Shown here: piece after piece, positions 1 to 9,637 of the stretch
Numbering within the stretch: the first letter of the stretch is position 1
How the letters are laid out: each line of letters begins with the position of its first letter
Virus record (IMG/VR): IMGVR_UViG_3300031994_000020
DNA length: 64,000 nucleotides
DNA from: a virus
Taxonomy: Duplodnaviria > Caudoviricetes
Direction: 5' to 3' (one strand)
Position numbers and translations under genes: made by a program
The notes under the pieces: generated by a model
Told to the model about the DNA's origin: nothing
The model's input: the letters and a program-made list of their open reading frames with translations, nothing else
Database searches by the model: none

Positions 1-12
1 GATATAAAAGAG

Positions 13-483
13 ATGGGTCTTGATTCATATAAGATAAAAGACTGTTTTATAAAGATATGGGTAAGGAGAATTATCCATCTCCCGCCTGATATATGGGACA
101 GGGTGAGAAAGGTTACTGAAGGATTAGATGGAAGTTATATGAATATGAGTGTTGGTAATTTTCTTGCTATTGTTAATAATAATACAGAAGAAGATGCAAG
201 GAAGAAAATAGAATTATGTAATAAGAATAATAGTTATTATGAAGTGAGAGAAAAGGTTATTAATAAAGATAATTTTGACTCTATTCCTGTTCCTATTGTA
301 AACAATGTAATAAAAGAGTATGGTATTGATGGGGCAGTGGTTAGATTAAATGAAGACGCGGATGTGTCGTATGGGGAGATTCTTTCTGTTGTTGATGAAG
401 CTATAGAACAGATTGGTATTGTAGAAGATGCTTTAAAAAAGTTTGATAATGTGAAGAAGAGATCATTGAATGAAGATAAGTAA
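13..483 (+). CDS. hypothetical protein
   Basis: 156-aa ORF ending in TAA; the start may lie upstream of the window. Confidence 0.6.
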   Translation: MGLDSYKIKDCFIKIWVRRIIHLPPDIWDRVRKVTEGLDGSYMNMSVGNFLAIVNNNTEEDARKKIELCNKNNSYYEVREKVINKDNFDSIPVPIVNNVIKEYGIDGAVVRLNEDADVSYGEILSVVDEAIEQIGIVEDALKKFDNVKKRSLNEDK

Positions 484-663
484 ATAAGTAGTTGGGGATG
501 GAGATGATAAGAAGGCGGGTAATGGTGAGTAGGGTAACGGCGGGTGAGATTAGTTAGGTAATGATGCTAGGTAATGGTGAGTGTTAGGTGCACCTGTACC
601 AGACCTGTGTGATTTTACCGTCATCGTTATCGTCTTCCTCTTTAAATAAAAAAATAACTTAGC

Positions 664-1017
664 TTACGCTAAGTTATTCTTCTTCAGAAACTCTATGATT
701 GTTTTATCTGGGTTTATTCCTTTTCTTTCTCTTGTTGGAACCACTTTAGTCAAGACCTCTTCTATTGGATCGAGGTTCTTTATCATTGTGTCATAGAAAT
801 CATTTTCCTCTTCCTCGGTCATGTTCTCAAAGTTAGGATCGAGGAGCTTAATGTATTCTAGAATTGCATCAAGCATCTCCTGCCGCGCATTGATGAATTC
901 CTGTCTTTTCTCTTTCGCAGCCACTTCATTTATCTGGGCGGTGATGTCCGCAATAACCTGTTCCTTGGTTGCGCGCTGCAGCCAGGCTCTTATTATATCA
1001 TTATCTATTGTTATCAT
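664..1017 (-). CDS. hypothetical early protein
   Basis: ORF with AGGAG RBS and an upstream TTGACA/TATAAT promoter (~1049-1077). Confidence 0.8.
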   Translation of the reverse strand: MITIDNDIIRAWLQRATKEQVIADITAQINEVAAKEKRQEFINARQEMLDAILEYIKLLDPNFENMTEEEENDFYDTMIKNLDPIEEVLTKVVPTRERKGINPDKTIIEFLKKNNLA

Positions 1018-1616
1018 ATTTATTCTCCTTTTTTTATTTTATATATATATTATATCATATTTTTTTTAATTTGTCAACTGCTGCCGGCATATACAAAAAT
1101 GAAAGTGCGGCAAGCGAAAATTGTAAATCGTTACAAAGGCTGTAGTTAGCTCTTGTTTAATGAAAGATAATTGAACGAAACTTTATGAGCCAGAAGCAAA
1201 AAATGGCTCACAGAGCCTCTGAGAATGTGCGGATTTAAAAAAGGGTTTTTTTAATATTATAACATATTTTTTTTGAAAGCGCAAGTAAAGGCAGACAACT
1301 AGCGGCGGCCCGCATATTGCGGGATTTAGTCTGGAGATCTCATAAGTTCAAACATCTGGGAAAAAATTCCATATAGGATCGCGGAGCTGGAATTCGGCAC
1401 ACTGCAGTCGCAGTCGCGCCGCAGTAATAAAGGTTTATTACGTATCATATAGAATAGATATCAGAATTAACGTGCCCCGCTCGAACGTGCGGTAGAAGCT
1501 TGCTATAGGTTATTTAGATTTTTTCCTTTATCTATAATTATTATATCATAATTTTTTTAATTTGTCAAGAAAAGCAGAAAAAGGCAAACCTTTTAGAAGA
1601 AAGGTTTGCCCTCTCT

Positions 1617-1883
1617 TTAAAAGAAATAACCATCTTCAAAAGAGAATTTTGCTATTTCCATTAACTCGGCAAGTTTGCCAAAGGTTCCGAAGTTCATTTC
1701 TGAAATACACTGAACCAACCACTGAAAGCACTCATACTCGGGACTTGTAATAAATGTTGAGGGGATAAACCTCTTTTCTTCCTTATCCCACTGAAGCACT
1801 CGCCGCACATCGGGATGTTTAGTACTTCCGCCCCATACCTCAAAATATGTATTTTTTGTATCAAGTCTTGAGTATATTATCAT
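1617..1883 (-). CDS. hypothetical early protein
   Basis: ORF with AGAGAGG RBS. Confidence 0.75.
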   Translation of the reverse strand: MIIYSRLDTKNTYFEVWGGSTKHPDVRRVLQWDKEEKRFIPSTFITSPEYECFQWLVQCISEMNFGTFGKLAELMEIAKFSFEDGYFF

Positions 1884-1923
1884 TTTTTATTCCTCTCTTT
1901 CTTTATCTTATGTATTTATTATA

Positions 1924-2118
1924 TCACTCTGCAAGGAATTTGTCAAGCTCTTTTTGAAAATTTCTTTTAGCTTTTTTGCGGGAAGGCTTCTTTTTACTTT
2001 CGAACATGCGTTCGCCTGTATTAAAACCATTCATAATGCGGTTAGCTTTTTGTACCTCAAGCCACTGCTTTTTTGTCATGGTCTTCCGCATATCGAATTC
2101 AATATATTTATCATTCAT
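1924..2118 (-). CDS. hypothetical basic protein
   Basis: ORF overlapping the stop of the upstream gene. Confidence 0.7.
   Translation of the reverse strand: MNDKYIEFDMRKTMTKKQWLEVQKANRIMNGFNTGERMFESKKKPSRKKAKRNFQKELDKFLAE
2001..2014. promoter_or_regulatory. LexA/DinR-type box (intragenic)
   Basis: CGAACATGCGTTCG matches Firmicutes GAAC-N4-GTTC. Confidence 0.45.
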
Positions 2119-2368
2119 TTTTTAATTCCTCTATCTGTTTTTTGTACTTTTTATAAAGGTCTTCTATTGCTTCATAAGTTACTTCTTCATAATCTTCATC
2201 AAAAGACTGTGCAAATAATGCCGCTCCCATTATTCTGCCTAATGCTCCATTGATAAGTTCATCAATAGTAATCCATCTAACTATGCCTAATCTTACGCCC
2301 TCAATTACTTCTTTTGTGTCATTTAACTCCATTTTATAGTAATTTTCAAGATATTTTAATACTTTCAT
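2111..2368 (-). CDS. hypothetical early protein
   Basis: ORF with GAGAGG RBS. Confidence 0.75.
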   Translation of the reverse strand: MKVLKYLENYYKMELNDTKEVIEGVRLGIVRWITIDELINGALGRIMGAALFAQSFDEDYEEVTYEAIEDLYKKYKKQIEELKNE

Positions 2369-2382
2369 GCGGTTTTCCTCTC

Positions 2383-2604
2383 TTATTCTACATAGTCATC
2401 ATAAATTTTTATTTCAATTTTTGCTTTTTCAAGTTTAGGTATATCCTCTTCCTTAAAGCCATCCCAAAAATCTAATATGTCTTTAGTATAGGTATTTTGT
2501 GAAACAATAAGGCTATCAGCAATTTTAAGTAAACTTTCAAGAGTATTAACTTCTTTAAATTGATACCAATAATCATCACTTGCTTTAGTAATTAGTGCTA
2601 ACAT
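2383..2604 (-). CDS. hypothetical early protein
   Basis: ORF with AGAGAGG RBS. Confidence 0.75.
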   Translation of the reverse strand: MLALITKASDDYWYQFKEVNTLESLLKIADSLIVSQNTYTKDILDFWDGFKEEDIPKLEKAKIEIKIYDDYVE

Positions 2605-2607
2605 TCT

Positions 2608-2724
2608 TTATTTTCCTCTCTTTCTATTTTGCACAAATTCGATAAACCCTACTATTCCACAAAAAGGGTAATATAATATTGCAATAAATAATATTATTAA
2701 TAATAGTTTTTCAATATCAAACAT
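2608..2724 (-). CDS. 38-aa membrane peptide (MFDIEKLLLIILFIAILYYPFCG...)
   Basis: RBS, ATG, hydrophobic stretch, TAA; below the ORF-track size cutoff; duplicated at 4195-4320. Confidence 0.6.
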   Translation of the reverse strand: MFDIEKLLLIILFIAILYYPFCGIVGFIEFVQNRKRGK

Positions 2725-2740
2725 TTTTTTCCTCTCTTTC
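2615..2740. repeat. 126-bp direct repeat, copy 1
   Basis: identical by eye to 4195-4320. Confidence 0.9.
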
Positions 2741-2975
2741 CTTTGATAATCTTATTATATCATATTTTGGGATAATGTAAATAGATAAAAATGACAAAAA
2801 ATCGGTCAAAAAATAGTCAAAATTGCATAAAAGTGCCTAAATTTGGCGCATTTTCGAGCGAAAATGCGCCATCCAAGCTTTTTTTAGCTCAAATTGCGCT
2901 TATTTGCAACTTAAATGACGCATTTTCAGTTTTTATGTGGGGGTGGGGGATTACTTGCCCCACCCCTTTGGTCTA

Positions 2976-3329
2976 TCAGGCTACAGAGAACAGAGCCTTT
3001 TTCTTGTCTACAGTTCTGACAACCTCGCCAGCCTTGTTAAGTGCGGTAAGCAGAGCAGTTACCTTGGGCAGAGAGAGAACAGCCTCGGCGGTTGCATTGT
3101 AGCGGTTCATTACCTCGGTAGCGGATACAGGCTCCTCAGTAAGCAGAGCGACAATCTTAGCCTTTATCTCCTCATTTTCTTTCTGGGTCTTGGTAGCGCC
3201 CCTGTTCTCGGACTTCTTGACAAAGGATGCCTTGATAGCGTTCAGCTTCTCAAACACTTCCGCAGGAAGTTCATTTTCAAAGTTGGTTACTACATACTCA
3301 ATTGCCTTTACATTAGTCATCTTTTCCAT
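2976..3329 (-). CDS. small basic protein, probable winged-helix DNA-binding; paralog of 6397-6756
   Basis: shared MEKMTNVKA...LPKxTALLT.L...V.R..DKKKAL. Confidence 0.8.
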   Translation of the reverse strand: MEKMTNVKAIEYVVTNFENELPAEVFEKLNAIKASFVKKSENRGATKTQKENEEIKAKIVALLTEEPVSATEVMNRYNATAEAVLSLPKVTALLTALNKAGEVVRTVDKKKALFSVA

Positions 3330-3872
3330 AAATTTGCACCTCTTTCATTTTTTGATTTATTATAGTGTTTACATTTACATTTTACCATATTCAATTGTAT
3401 TTGTCAAGCGGTTGGCTGAATTTTTTTAATGAGGATTTCAAACCTCGGAATTGACTGTAGTAGTTTTCCTTTGCGCGCGGGGTAGGTTGTCTACTCTCTT
3501 TTAAGTCGCTTCCTTTATCTTATATATTTATTATATCATATCTTTTTTATTTTGTCAAGCATTTTTTTTATTTTTTTTCTTGACTTTCGCTTGGCTTCTT
3601 TCTTTATCTTATATATTTATTATATCATAAGATTTTTATTTTGTCAAGCATTTTTTTTAAGATTTCTCAAAAAGGATTATTGACTATATCTTATTTTTAT
3701 AAGCCCGAAACATCAATTTTCTTACACACTTGATGGGGTTTTCTTATCAAGTTTTACAAGCCTTTTTGATTTATCTTATGTATTTATTATAACAAAAAAT
3801 TTTTAATATTGCAATATACAAAATATACAAATTTTGGGAATGATCTTTGTGCAATTTTTTTAAAAAATCCAC

Positions 3873-3957
3873 TTGACAAAATCTCAAAAGCATGGTATAA
3901 TGGTAAATTTGGCGCGTGACCAGCCTTGGGCGCCCGGTCACGCGCCAACAAAAAAGT
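3873..3957 (+). ncRNA. antisense promoter + GC-rich hairpin unit 1 (candidate sRNA)
   Basis: TTGACA 3873, TATAAT 3896, stem TTGGCGCGTGACC/GGTCACGCGCCAA. Confidence 0.45.
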
Positions 3958-3968
3958 CAAGGGGATTA

Positions 3969-4304
3969 TTAAATAATCCCCTCAGCTTTACAACAAGTTG
4001 CAAAAGCATTTACACAATCTAACCAACAGTTTTCGATGCTTGCAATTTCTGAAAGTATTATATCATCTGCCGCATCGGGAACACCATCCGCAAGCCAATA
4101 CTCATAAAAAGTATCTTCTGAAAAATGCTCCCTTGCGTAAGCGTCCATTTCTTTAAGTAATTTTACTCTTAATTCAATAATGCTCATTTTTTCGCCTCTC
4201 TTTCTATTTTGCACAAATTCGATAAACCCTACTATTCCACAAAAAGGGTAATATAATATTGCAATAAATAATATTATTAATAATAGTTTTTCAATATCAA
4301 ACAT
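3969..4304 (-). CDS. hypothetical protein; own RBS/ATG at 4187, with an in-frame N-terminal fusion to the duplicated membrane peptide
   Basis: two in-frame RBS+ATG starts (4304, 4187). Confidence 0.7.
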   Translation of the reverse strand: MFDIEKLLLIILFIAILYYPFCGIVGFIEFVQNRKRGEKMSIIELRVKLLKEMDAYAREHFSEDTFYEYWLADGVPDAADDIILSEIASIENCWLDCVNAFATCCKAEGII

Positions 4305-4320
4305 TTTTTTCCTCTCTTTC
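4195..4320. repeat. 126-bp direct repeat, copy 2
   Basis: identical by eye to 2615-2740. Confidence 0.9.
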
Positions 4321-4348
4321 ATTTGATAGATTTATTATAACATACTGT

Positions 4349-4864
4349 TTACTCATTGTCAAGGTTTTTTGTGTAAAATTCTATAAAAGCTTTTTTCAGT
4401 TCTTGCCATATCTCCTCAAGTTCTTTTTTGTTTTCTTTTGCATAATTTATAGCCCATTCAGTGGCGATTATTTCATCAGGCAAGCTAAAATACTCAAACT
4501 CAAGCTTTTTAGCTTCTTTTTCGCTTTTTGCTTTTTCCATTTCTGTTTCGATGCGCTTTTTTTCTCTCATGCAAAAGTCATAAGCCACTTCACTTTCATA
4601 AATATCATCAAGTGTCATTTTATGTCCGATTTCATGGAGTACAGTTATTATAAAAGTGTTTTCAACCTTATAACCAAAACGCTTTTTTACAAACTCATTA
4701 AACCATATATCTTCTGCTTTGTTTTCTACAAGAGAATAAGTTATTTTATTTTCATTAGGGTAAAATGCCCAGTCCCCATTCATATTAAATTTATCTATCC
4801 CAAACTGACTAAAAGCAGTTATCATAGCCTTATTCAGTTTCTTTATTCCTTTAAGCTTTGCCAT
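4349..4864 (-). CDS. HExxH zinc-metallopeptidase-like protein
   Basis: VLHEIGH motif plus downstream E..A..WA (DEIIATEWA). Confidence 0.65.
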   Translation of the reverse strand: MAKLKGIKKLNKAMITAFSQFGIDKFNMNGDWAFYPNENKITYSLVENKAEDIWFNEFVKKRFGYKVENTFIITVLHEIGHKMTLDDIYESEVAYDFCMREKKRIETEMEKAKSEKEAKKLEFEYFSLPDEIIATEWAINYAKENKKELEEIWQELKKAFIEFYTKNLDNE

Positions 4865-4967
4865 TTTGTTTACCTCTCTTTTCTTTATCTTATGTAATTA
4901 TTATATCATTACATTTTTATTTTGTCAAGATATTTTTTAAAAAATTTTTTTATTTTTTCACTTGACA

Positions 4968-4981
4968 AGAACGCATGTTCG
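4968..4981. promoter_or_regulatory. LexA/DinR-type box
   Basis: AGAACGCATGTTCG, intergenic, near the promoter of 4349-4864. Confidence 0.55.
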
Positions 4982-5001
4982 GCGTACGTGCGGGAGTTAG
5001 C

Positions 5002-5460
5002 TTAAGCTAACAGTTCCCGCAATTCCGCAATTATGTTTTTATTTGCATCTATTGTTGTACCTAAATCCCATTCCTTGCGGTTGCGCTCCTCATCATCAAC
5101 AAGGATGCCTTTTCCATACTTGCGGCAAGTATCCGCTTTCCGCTTACCATAAGCGGTGATTAAAACCTTATCAAGCACTGCATCAAACAGATATTTTTTT
5201 AACCATTCCATTTTAGCTTCAATTACCGCCTTATCATAATCTGCATTGTGTGCTTTACTGCACCAAGAGATTATGCCTATTTTATAACCGCTCATTTTAA
5301 GCTCTACAAGGACAGGCATTATTTTAAGTAAGTCATAAATCATGCCCGCATTGCGGTAAGGTCTTGTATTAAAAGCGTTAAGGTCATCAAGCCAACCATT
5401 CACGCTGTATAAGTCTGCTATTGTTCCATCCATGTCAAGCCATATCCAACCTTTATCCAT
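5002..5460 (-). CDS. HAD-superfamily phosphatase (5'(3')-deoxyribonucleotidase-like)
   Basis: DMDGT motif I, ISW motif II, K, LVDD motif IV. Confidence 0.8.
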   Translation of the reverse strand: MDKGWIWLDMDGTIADLYSVNGWLDDLNAFNTRPYRNAGMIYDLLKIMPVLVELKMSGYKIGIISWCSKAHNADYDKAVIEAKMEWLKKYLFDAVLDKVLITAYGKRKADTCRKYGKGILVDDEERNRKEWDLGTTIDANKNIIAELRELLA

Positions 5461-5580
5461 TCTTTTGTTCTCCTCTCTTTATCTTATGTAATTATTATAA
5501 CACATTATTAGATAATTACAATAGACAAAATAAACAAAATTGCGGGAGATTTTTTATTAAAATTTACAACAAAATTTCGC

Positions 5581-5652
5581 TTGACAAAAACTGCGGGGTA
5601 TGGTATAATGGAAAATCTGGGTCGCGAGCCACCGCACGCGACCCACCAAAAA
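5581..5652 (+). ncRNA. antisense promoter + GC-rich hairpin unit 2
   Basis: TTGACA 5581, TATAAT 5604, stem GGGTCGCG/CGCGACCC. Confidence 0.4.
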
Positions 5653-5707
5653 GAAAACCCGCATTTCTGCGGGTTTCAGAGAGGAGGTCGAACATTTTGA
5701 TTTTGAG

Positions 5708-5779
5708 TGCGCCGAATGGGAGTTGAACCCACCTAACCATGATTAAAAGTCATGTGCCTATCCGCTAGGCTATCGGCGC
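5708..5779 (-). tRNA. tRNA-Lys(UUU)
   Basis: cloverleaf: acceptor GCGCCGA/TCGGCGC, D arm GCCT/AGGC, anticodon arm CATGA-CTTTTAA-TCATG, T arm GTGGG-TTCAACT-CCCAT; CCA not encoded. Confidence 0.9.
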
Positions 5780-5794
5780 AAGGTTGGGGAGGTC

Positions 5795-5965
5795 TTACTT
5801 GACCTTTGCCCCTGCAATCTTGCCATCAGGTAAGATTACATTTGTACCGAACAGGATGTCAAACCCTGTAAACTGCGCTCTTGCGCGGAAGATGCGGTCA
5901 GAGTTCCACTTTGCTATGAACTCCGCCTTGGTTTTAGGACACTCCTCAAAAGTAAGTTTCTTCAT
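5795..5965 (-). CDS. hypothetical 56-aa protein (MKKLTFEECPKTK...)
   Basis: manual translation, AAGGGG RBS, TAA stop. Confidence 0.65.
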   Translation of the reverse strand: MKKLTFEECPKTKAEFIAKWNSDRIFRARAQFTGFDILFGTNVILPDGKIAGAKVK

Positions 5966-5969
5966 TTTT

Positions 5970-6296
5970 TTATTCCCCTTTCTTTCTGTGCTTGATGAGA
6001 GTTACTGAATAATCACCGAAAGTGATTTCCCTCTGTTCATTTACTATTGTAGCATCATTGTAGCCATTTGTCAAGAGAAAATCCGCAAGTTTTTTAATTA
6101 TTTCAATTTTTTCCGCATCTTTCTTGACTTCTCTTGGCTTGCGCTTGGGCTTGTTTTCGCTCATTGTCTTGCCCTTGTTTGCGTTGGCTTTTAACTCCAT
6201 GTCAGCCATTTCTTCGGCTTCTTCTCTTGTAACTGGCTCACCATCCGCTTCGGCTTCTTTCATAATGTCAAGTATCAGTTTTTCTCTTTTGTCCAT
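5970..6296 (-). CDS. hypothetical early protein
   Basis: ORF with GAGGT RBS and promoter. Confidence 0.8.
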   Translation of the reverse strand: MDKREKLILDIMKEAEADGEPVTREEAEEMADMELKANANKGKTMSENKPKRKPREVKKDAEKIEIIKKLADFLLTNGYNDATIVNEQREITFGDYSVTLIKHRKKGE

Positions 6297-6396
6297 AATC
6301 TTTACCTCACTTTCTATTATGATTATAGCACATCAGTTTCAGTTTGTCAACAGTTTTTTTTATTTTTTTTGGGTGGGGGCTTTCGCCCCCTATCCC

Positions 6397-6756
6397 TTAT
6401 GCTATCTTATAAAGTGCCTTTTTCTTGTCAGTCACTCTCTCAACAGCCTTTGCATCTTTCAGCTGAGTAAGCAGAGCGGTAAGCTTGGGCAGAGTGACTA
6501 CATTATACTTTGCATCAGCCGCCTTTATCTTTGTAAGGATTTCAGTAGCAGTTGCGCCCTCTGCGGTCACATTTGCAAGGATTACCGCCTTAAGCTCTTC
6601 ATTAGCTTTCTGTGTAGCGGTAGGCTTGCGGTTTTCCGCTTTCTTGATGAATGATGCCTTGATAGCGGTCAGCTTGTCAAAAACCTCTTCGGGCAGGTCA
6701 GCACCGCAATTTTCGAGAACATAATCCATTGCCTTTACATTAGTCATCTTTTCCAT
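6397..6756 (-). CDS. small basic protein, paralog of 2976-3329
   Basis: high similarity along the full length. Confidence 0.8.
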   Translation of the reverse strand: MEKMTNVKAMDYVLENCGADLPEEVFDKLTAIKASFIKKAENRKPTATQKANEELKAVILANVTAEGATATEILTKIKAADAKYNVVTLPKLTALLTQLKDAKAVERVTDKKKALYKIA

Positions 6757-7090
6757 AGTTTTGCACCTCTTTCTTTTTTTTGAATGTTTTTTGTTGTTTT
6801 CTTATGTATTTATTATATCATAAGTTTTTTTGTTTGTCAAGCATTTTTTTTATTTTTTTAAGAGTTTTTTCAGTGCTTGTTCTTTTTTTCTCTTTCATCT
6901 TATGTATTTATTATATCATAAGATTTTTATTTTGTCAAGACTTTTTTTATTTTTTTTTAGGAAAGTTTCTTGACTTTTTTCTTTCCTCATCTTTATAATA
7001 ATATTATATCATAAAAAATAAAAAAAGTCAATTGTTAAAACCTTACAAATTTTGGGAATAATTTTTGTATAATTTTTTTTAAAAAAGTGC

Positions 7091-7174
7091 TTGACAAAAA
7101 GTGCGGAGGTGTGGTATAATGGAATTTCTGCCCGCAGCCGACACCTTTGGCGCCGACTGCGGGCCGTGCAAAAA
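7091..7174 (+). ncRNA. antisense promoter + GC-rich hairpin unit 3
   Basis: TTGACA 7091, TATAAT 7115, stem GCCCGCAG/CTGCGGGC. Confidence 0.4.
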
Positions 7175-7181
7175 GCGCACC

Positions 7182-7316
7182 TTAGTAGGTGCGCTCTTCC
7201 TCATACTTCGGCTTGTAAGTACCACCTTCCGCCTTGACCTTTTCAGCTTCTGCGTAGGTTCTGACCTCAAAAACCTTGCCATTCTTATCAGTGCATACAT
7301 AAGTTAAAGTTGTCAT
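7182..7316 (-). CDS. hypothetical 44-aa protein (MTTLTYVCTDKNG...)
   Basis: manual translation, RBS and promoter. Confidence 0.6.
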   Translation of the reverse strand: MTTLTYVCTDKNGKVFEVRTYAEAEKVKAEGGTYKPKYEEERTY

Positions 7317-7391
7317 TTTATTTATCCCCTTTCTTATCTTGTAAATTTATTATATCATATTATTTTTTATTTGTCAAGGATTTTTTAGCAA

Positions 7392-7604
7392 TTACATGTC
7401 GTCATATTCAACCTCTATATCACCTAATGATGTGCGAATTGTACCATATTTGCCATAAATTCCGAGTATTACTTCAACAAGCACTTCAGGGCGATCCTCT
7501 ATATCTTCTATATTAAAAACATCTTCTACTATGTTAGTAATTTCTCTTATGGTATTTCTTTCCTCTTTTGTTACCCCTATTGTTACTTTCTTATTCAATT
7601 TCAT
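7392..7604 (-). CDS. hypothetical early protein
   Basis: ORF with RBS and promoter. Confidence 0.75.
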   Translation of the reverse strand: MKLNKKVTIGVTKEERNTIREITNIVEDVFNIEDIEDRPEVLVEVILGIYGKYGTIRTSLGDIEVEYDDM

Positions 7605-7810
7605 TTTTATTTATCCCCTTTCTTATTTTGTAAATTTATTATATCATTCTTTTATCATGTTGTCAAGTTCTTTTTTCATTTTCTGTCGAAATTTTTTTCT
7701 ATTTTTCTTTTTGTACCAGCTCCACCCTTGAGGATGATTATGAGAAGAACAGCACCAGCGTTTTATAAAATTATCTTGAAAAATTTCCTTTTTGATATTT
7801 CTTCTCATTT

Positions 7811-8071
7811 TTATATCCCCCTATACAAAAGTGTCAAAAAGTAAATGTTTAAAACTGCGCTTGCAGTGTGCATCATTATTGAATTTATATGGCGGTCAGT
7901 AGTAAAATCTTTTACCAGACCGAATACCGCAAGAGCCAAACCGAACCATGATACCGAAAGTCCAAACATCATTATAAGGGCTACATTGAGAATTTGAATT
8001 CCCGCCCGCAAGTCATTCATTTCAAACTTATAAGCGGTTTCGATATTGAAAAACCTTTTTATTTTTTTCAT
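7811..8071 (-). CDS. small membrane protein
   Basis: hydrophobic segments, RBS and promoter. Confidence 0.75.
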   Translation of the reverse strand: MKKIKRFFNIETAYKFEMNDLRAGIQILNVALIMMFGLSVSWFGLALAVFGLVKDFTTDRHINSIMMHTASAVLNIYFLTLLYRGI

Positions 8072-8157
8072 TCTTTTGTTTCTCCTCTCTTTATCTTATG
8101 TATTTATTATAGCATTATGTTTTTATTTTGTCAAGCATTTTTTAAAAAATTTTTTTT

Positions 8158-8171
8158 AGAACATTTGTTCG
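8158..8171. promoter_or_regulatory. LexA/DinR-type box
   Basis: AGAACATTTGTTCG, intergenic. Confidence 0.55.
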
Positions 8172-8201
8172 GGGTGCACGTGCGCCCATAGGGCGGGATT
8201 G

Positions 8202-8924
8202 TCAAGAGGCTTTTTTAAAAACCTCTTTCAATCCCATTTCTTTTCTTTTTCTCTGTACTTTTCGCCAACAAGCAGAGTTTATTTCTTTATCCATTTTTTT
8301 ATGCTGTCTATAACATTCAGCCATTATTTTTACTTCAATTTTTACATCTTCAAGCCCTGTATGATTTTCAATAAATTCTATGCTATCTGTTAAATAGCGG
8401 TAGGCACATTCCGCACTTGTTAAAATATTATCACTTGCGGAGATAAAACCATTTTTTGTTGCAAAATTTATGTAAGATGCTCTGTTCAAAATCACATCAC
8501 AAGCCATATTCCAAATACAGAAAAATTTTACACCAAAGGGAAACCACCACCTTTTAAAGCTTTTTGATACATAGCGGATAAGGTTATTTAATGCCCTTTT
8601 ATCAAAGCCCATGTTGTATGCCCCTATCTCTTTTATTTTGTAAACCTTTATATCATCAAGCATAAGTTTTCTAATATTCCACATGCTTCTGATTTCTCTT
8701 GTGCCATTTTTTATATCTTCCCAATACTGCGGTATTTTTTCCGCATAATAGGCACTTTTCATGACATCTTTCATATCAAGGAAAGTGTCAGCAACAACAA
8801 AAGACCTTTCCTGATAGATATTACCATATCTGTCACATATACACCACCCTATATCATAAGGGAGTGGCTGTTCTATTGTATTGCAAGTTTCGGTATCAAG
8901 TACAAGATAATATTTTTTACTCAT
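8202..8924 (-). CDS. DEDDh-family 3'-5' exonuclease
   Basis: LDTET (ExoI), AYNMGFD (ExoII), HTGLED (ExoIII); all Trp codons are TGG. Confidence 0.8.
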   Translation of the reverse strand: MSKKYYLVLDTETCNTIEQPLPYDIGWCICDRYGNIYQERSFVVADTFLDMKDVMKSAYYAEKIPQYWEDIKNGTREIRSMWNIRKLMLDDIKVYKIKEIGAYNMGFDKRALNNLIRYVSKSFKRWWFPFGVKFFCIWNMACDVILNRASYINFATKNGFISASDNILTSAECAYRYLTDSIEFIENHTGLEDVKIEVKIMAECYRQHKKMDKEINSACWRKVQRKRKEMGLKEVFKKAS

Positions 8925-9058
8925 TTGTTTGTGTCCTTTCTTTCTTAACTGTTAAACTTATTATACATCACACAAGAGATAAAGTCAAGCGGAAGATGCA
9001 AAAAATATTATACAAAATTGCGGGAGATCTTTTGTTAAAATTGCCGATAAAAAACCAC

Positions 9059-9142
9059 TTGACAAAATCTACAGAGCGTGGTATAATAGAAAATTCGCCC
9101 CGCAGCGGGCACTGGCGCGTCGGCTGCGGGGCGACAAAAAAA
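9059..9142 (+). ncRNA. antisense promoter + GC-rich hairpin unit 4
   Basis: TTGACA 9059, TATAAT 9082, stem TCGCCCCGCAGC/GCTGCGGGGCGA. Confidence 0.45.
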
Positions 9143-9165
9143 TAGGGCGGTCTCCCGCCCTGTTA

Positions 9166-9339
9166 TTACTGAAAATCTATTTCTGTTTCCTCAAGTTTAT
9201 CCCAATAAACATCATCAGTGAGAAGATCATTTTCATGTAACCATCCTAAAAATTTAAGCTGGTCTTCTGATAATAAGGCTATAAATCTATTGTTATCATA
9301 TCCATTTGTAATTACATATTTCCTTTTTTCTGTTACCAT
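9166..9339 (-). CDS. hypothetical 57-aa protein
   Basis: manual translation, GAGGT RBS and promoter. Confidence 0.6.
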   Translation of the reverse strand: MVTEKRKYVITNGYDNNRFIALLSEDQLKFLGWLHENDLLTDDVYWDKLEETEIDFQ

Positions 9340-9406
9340 TTTTTCTTACCTCTTTTCTTTCATTTGATGATTTTATTATAGCATATAGTGTTTATTTTGT
9401 CAACCC

Positions 9407-9592
9407 CTAATCTACAAAAATGAAGACATATTTTGAGGTTACTTTTACTTGAAAAATATGGCGGTCAGCGTTATTATAAGGACCGCCCAAGTATTCCCTT
9501 GTATCAGACTCAAGAATTCTTATTCTTTTTCCAAAAGTTGCGGGCATATCTATTCTTTTATTCATAAAATCAGCTACTGTCATATCATCCAC
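9407..9592 (-). CDS. hypothetical protein (ends in TAG; next TAA at 9392)
   Basis: GTG-start ORF. Confidence 0.6.
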   Translation of the reverse strand: MDDMTVADFMNKRIDMPATFGKRIRILESDTREYLGGPYNNADRHIFQVKVTSKYVFIFVD

Positions 9593-9637
9593 CGCCTTTC
9601 TTTATATAATATATTTTATCATATAGGGGAGGGCTTG

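Noticed and set aside
515-592. GGTAA(T/C)G short repeats after the first gene
   Set aside because: Short, irregular low-complexity sequence; no function can be supported.
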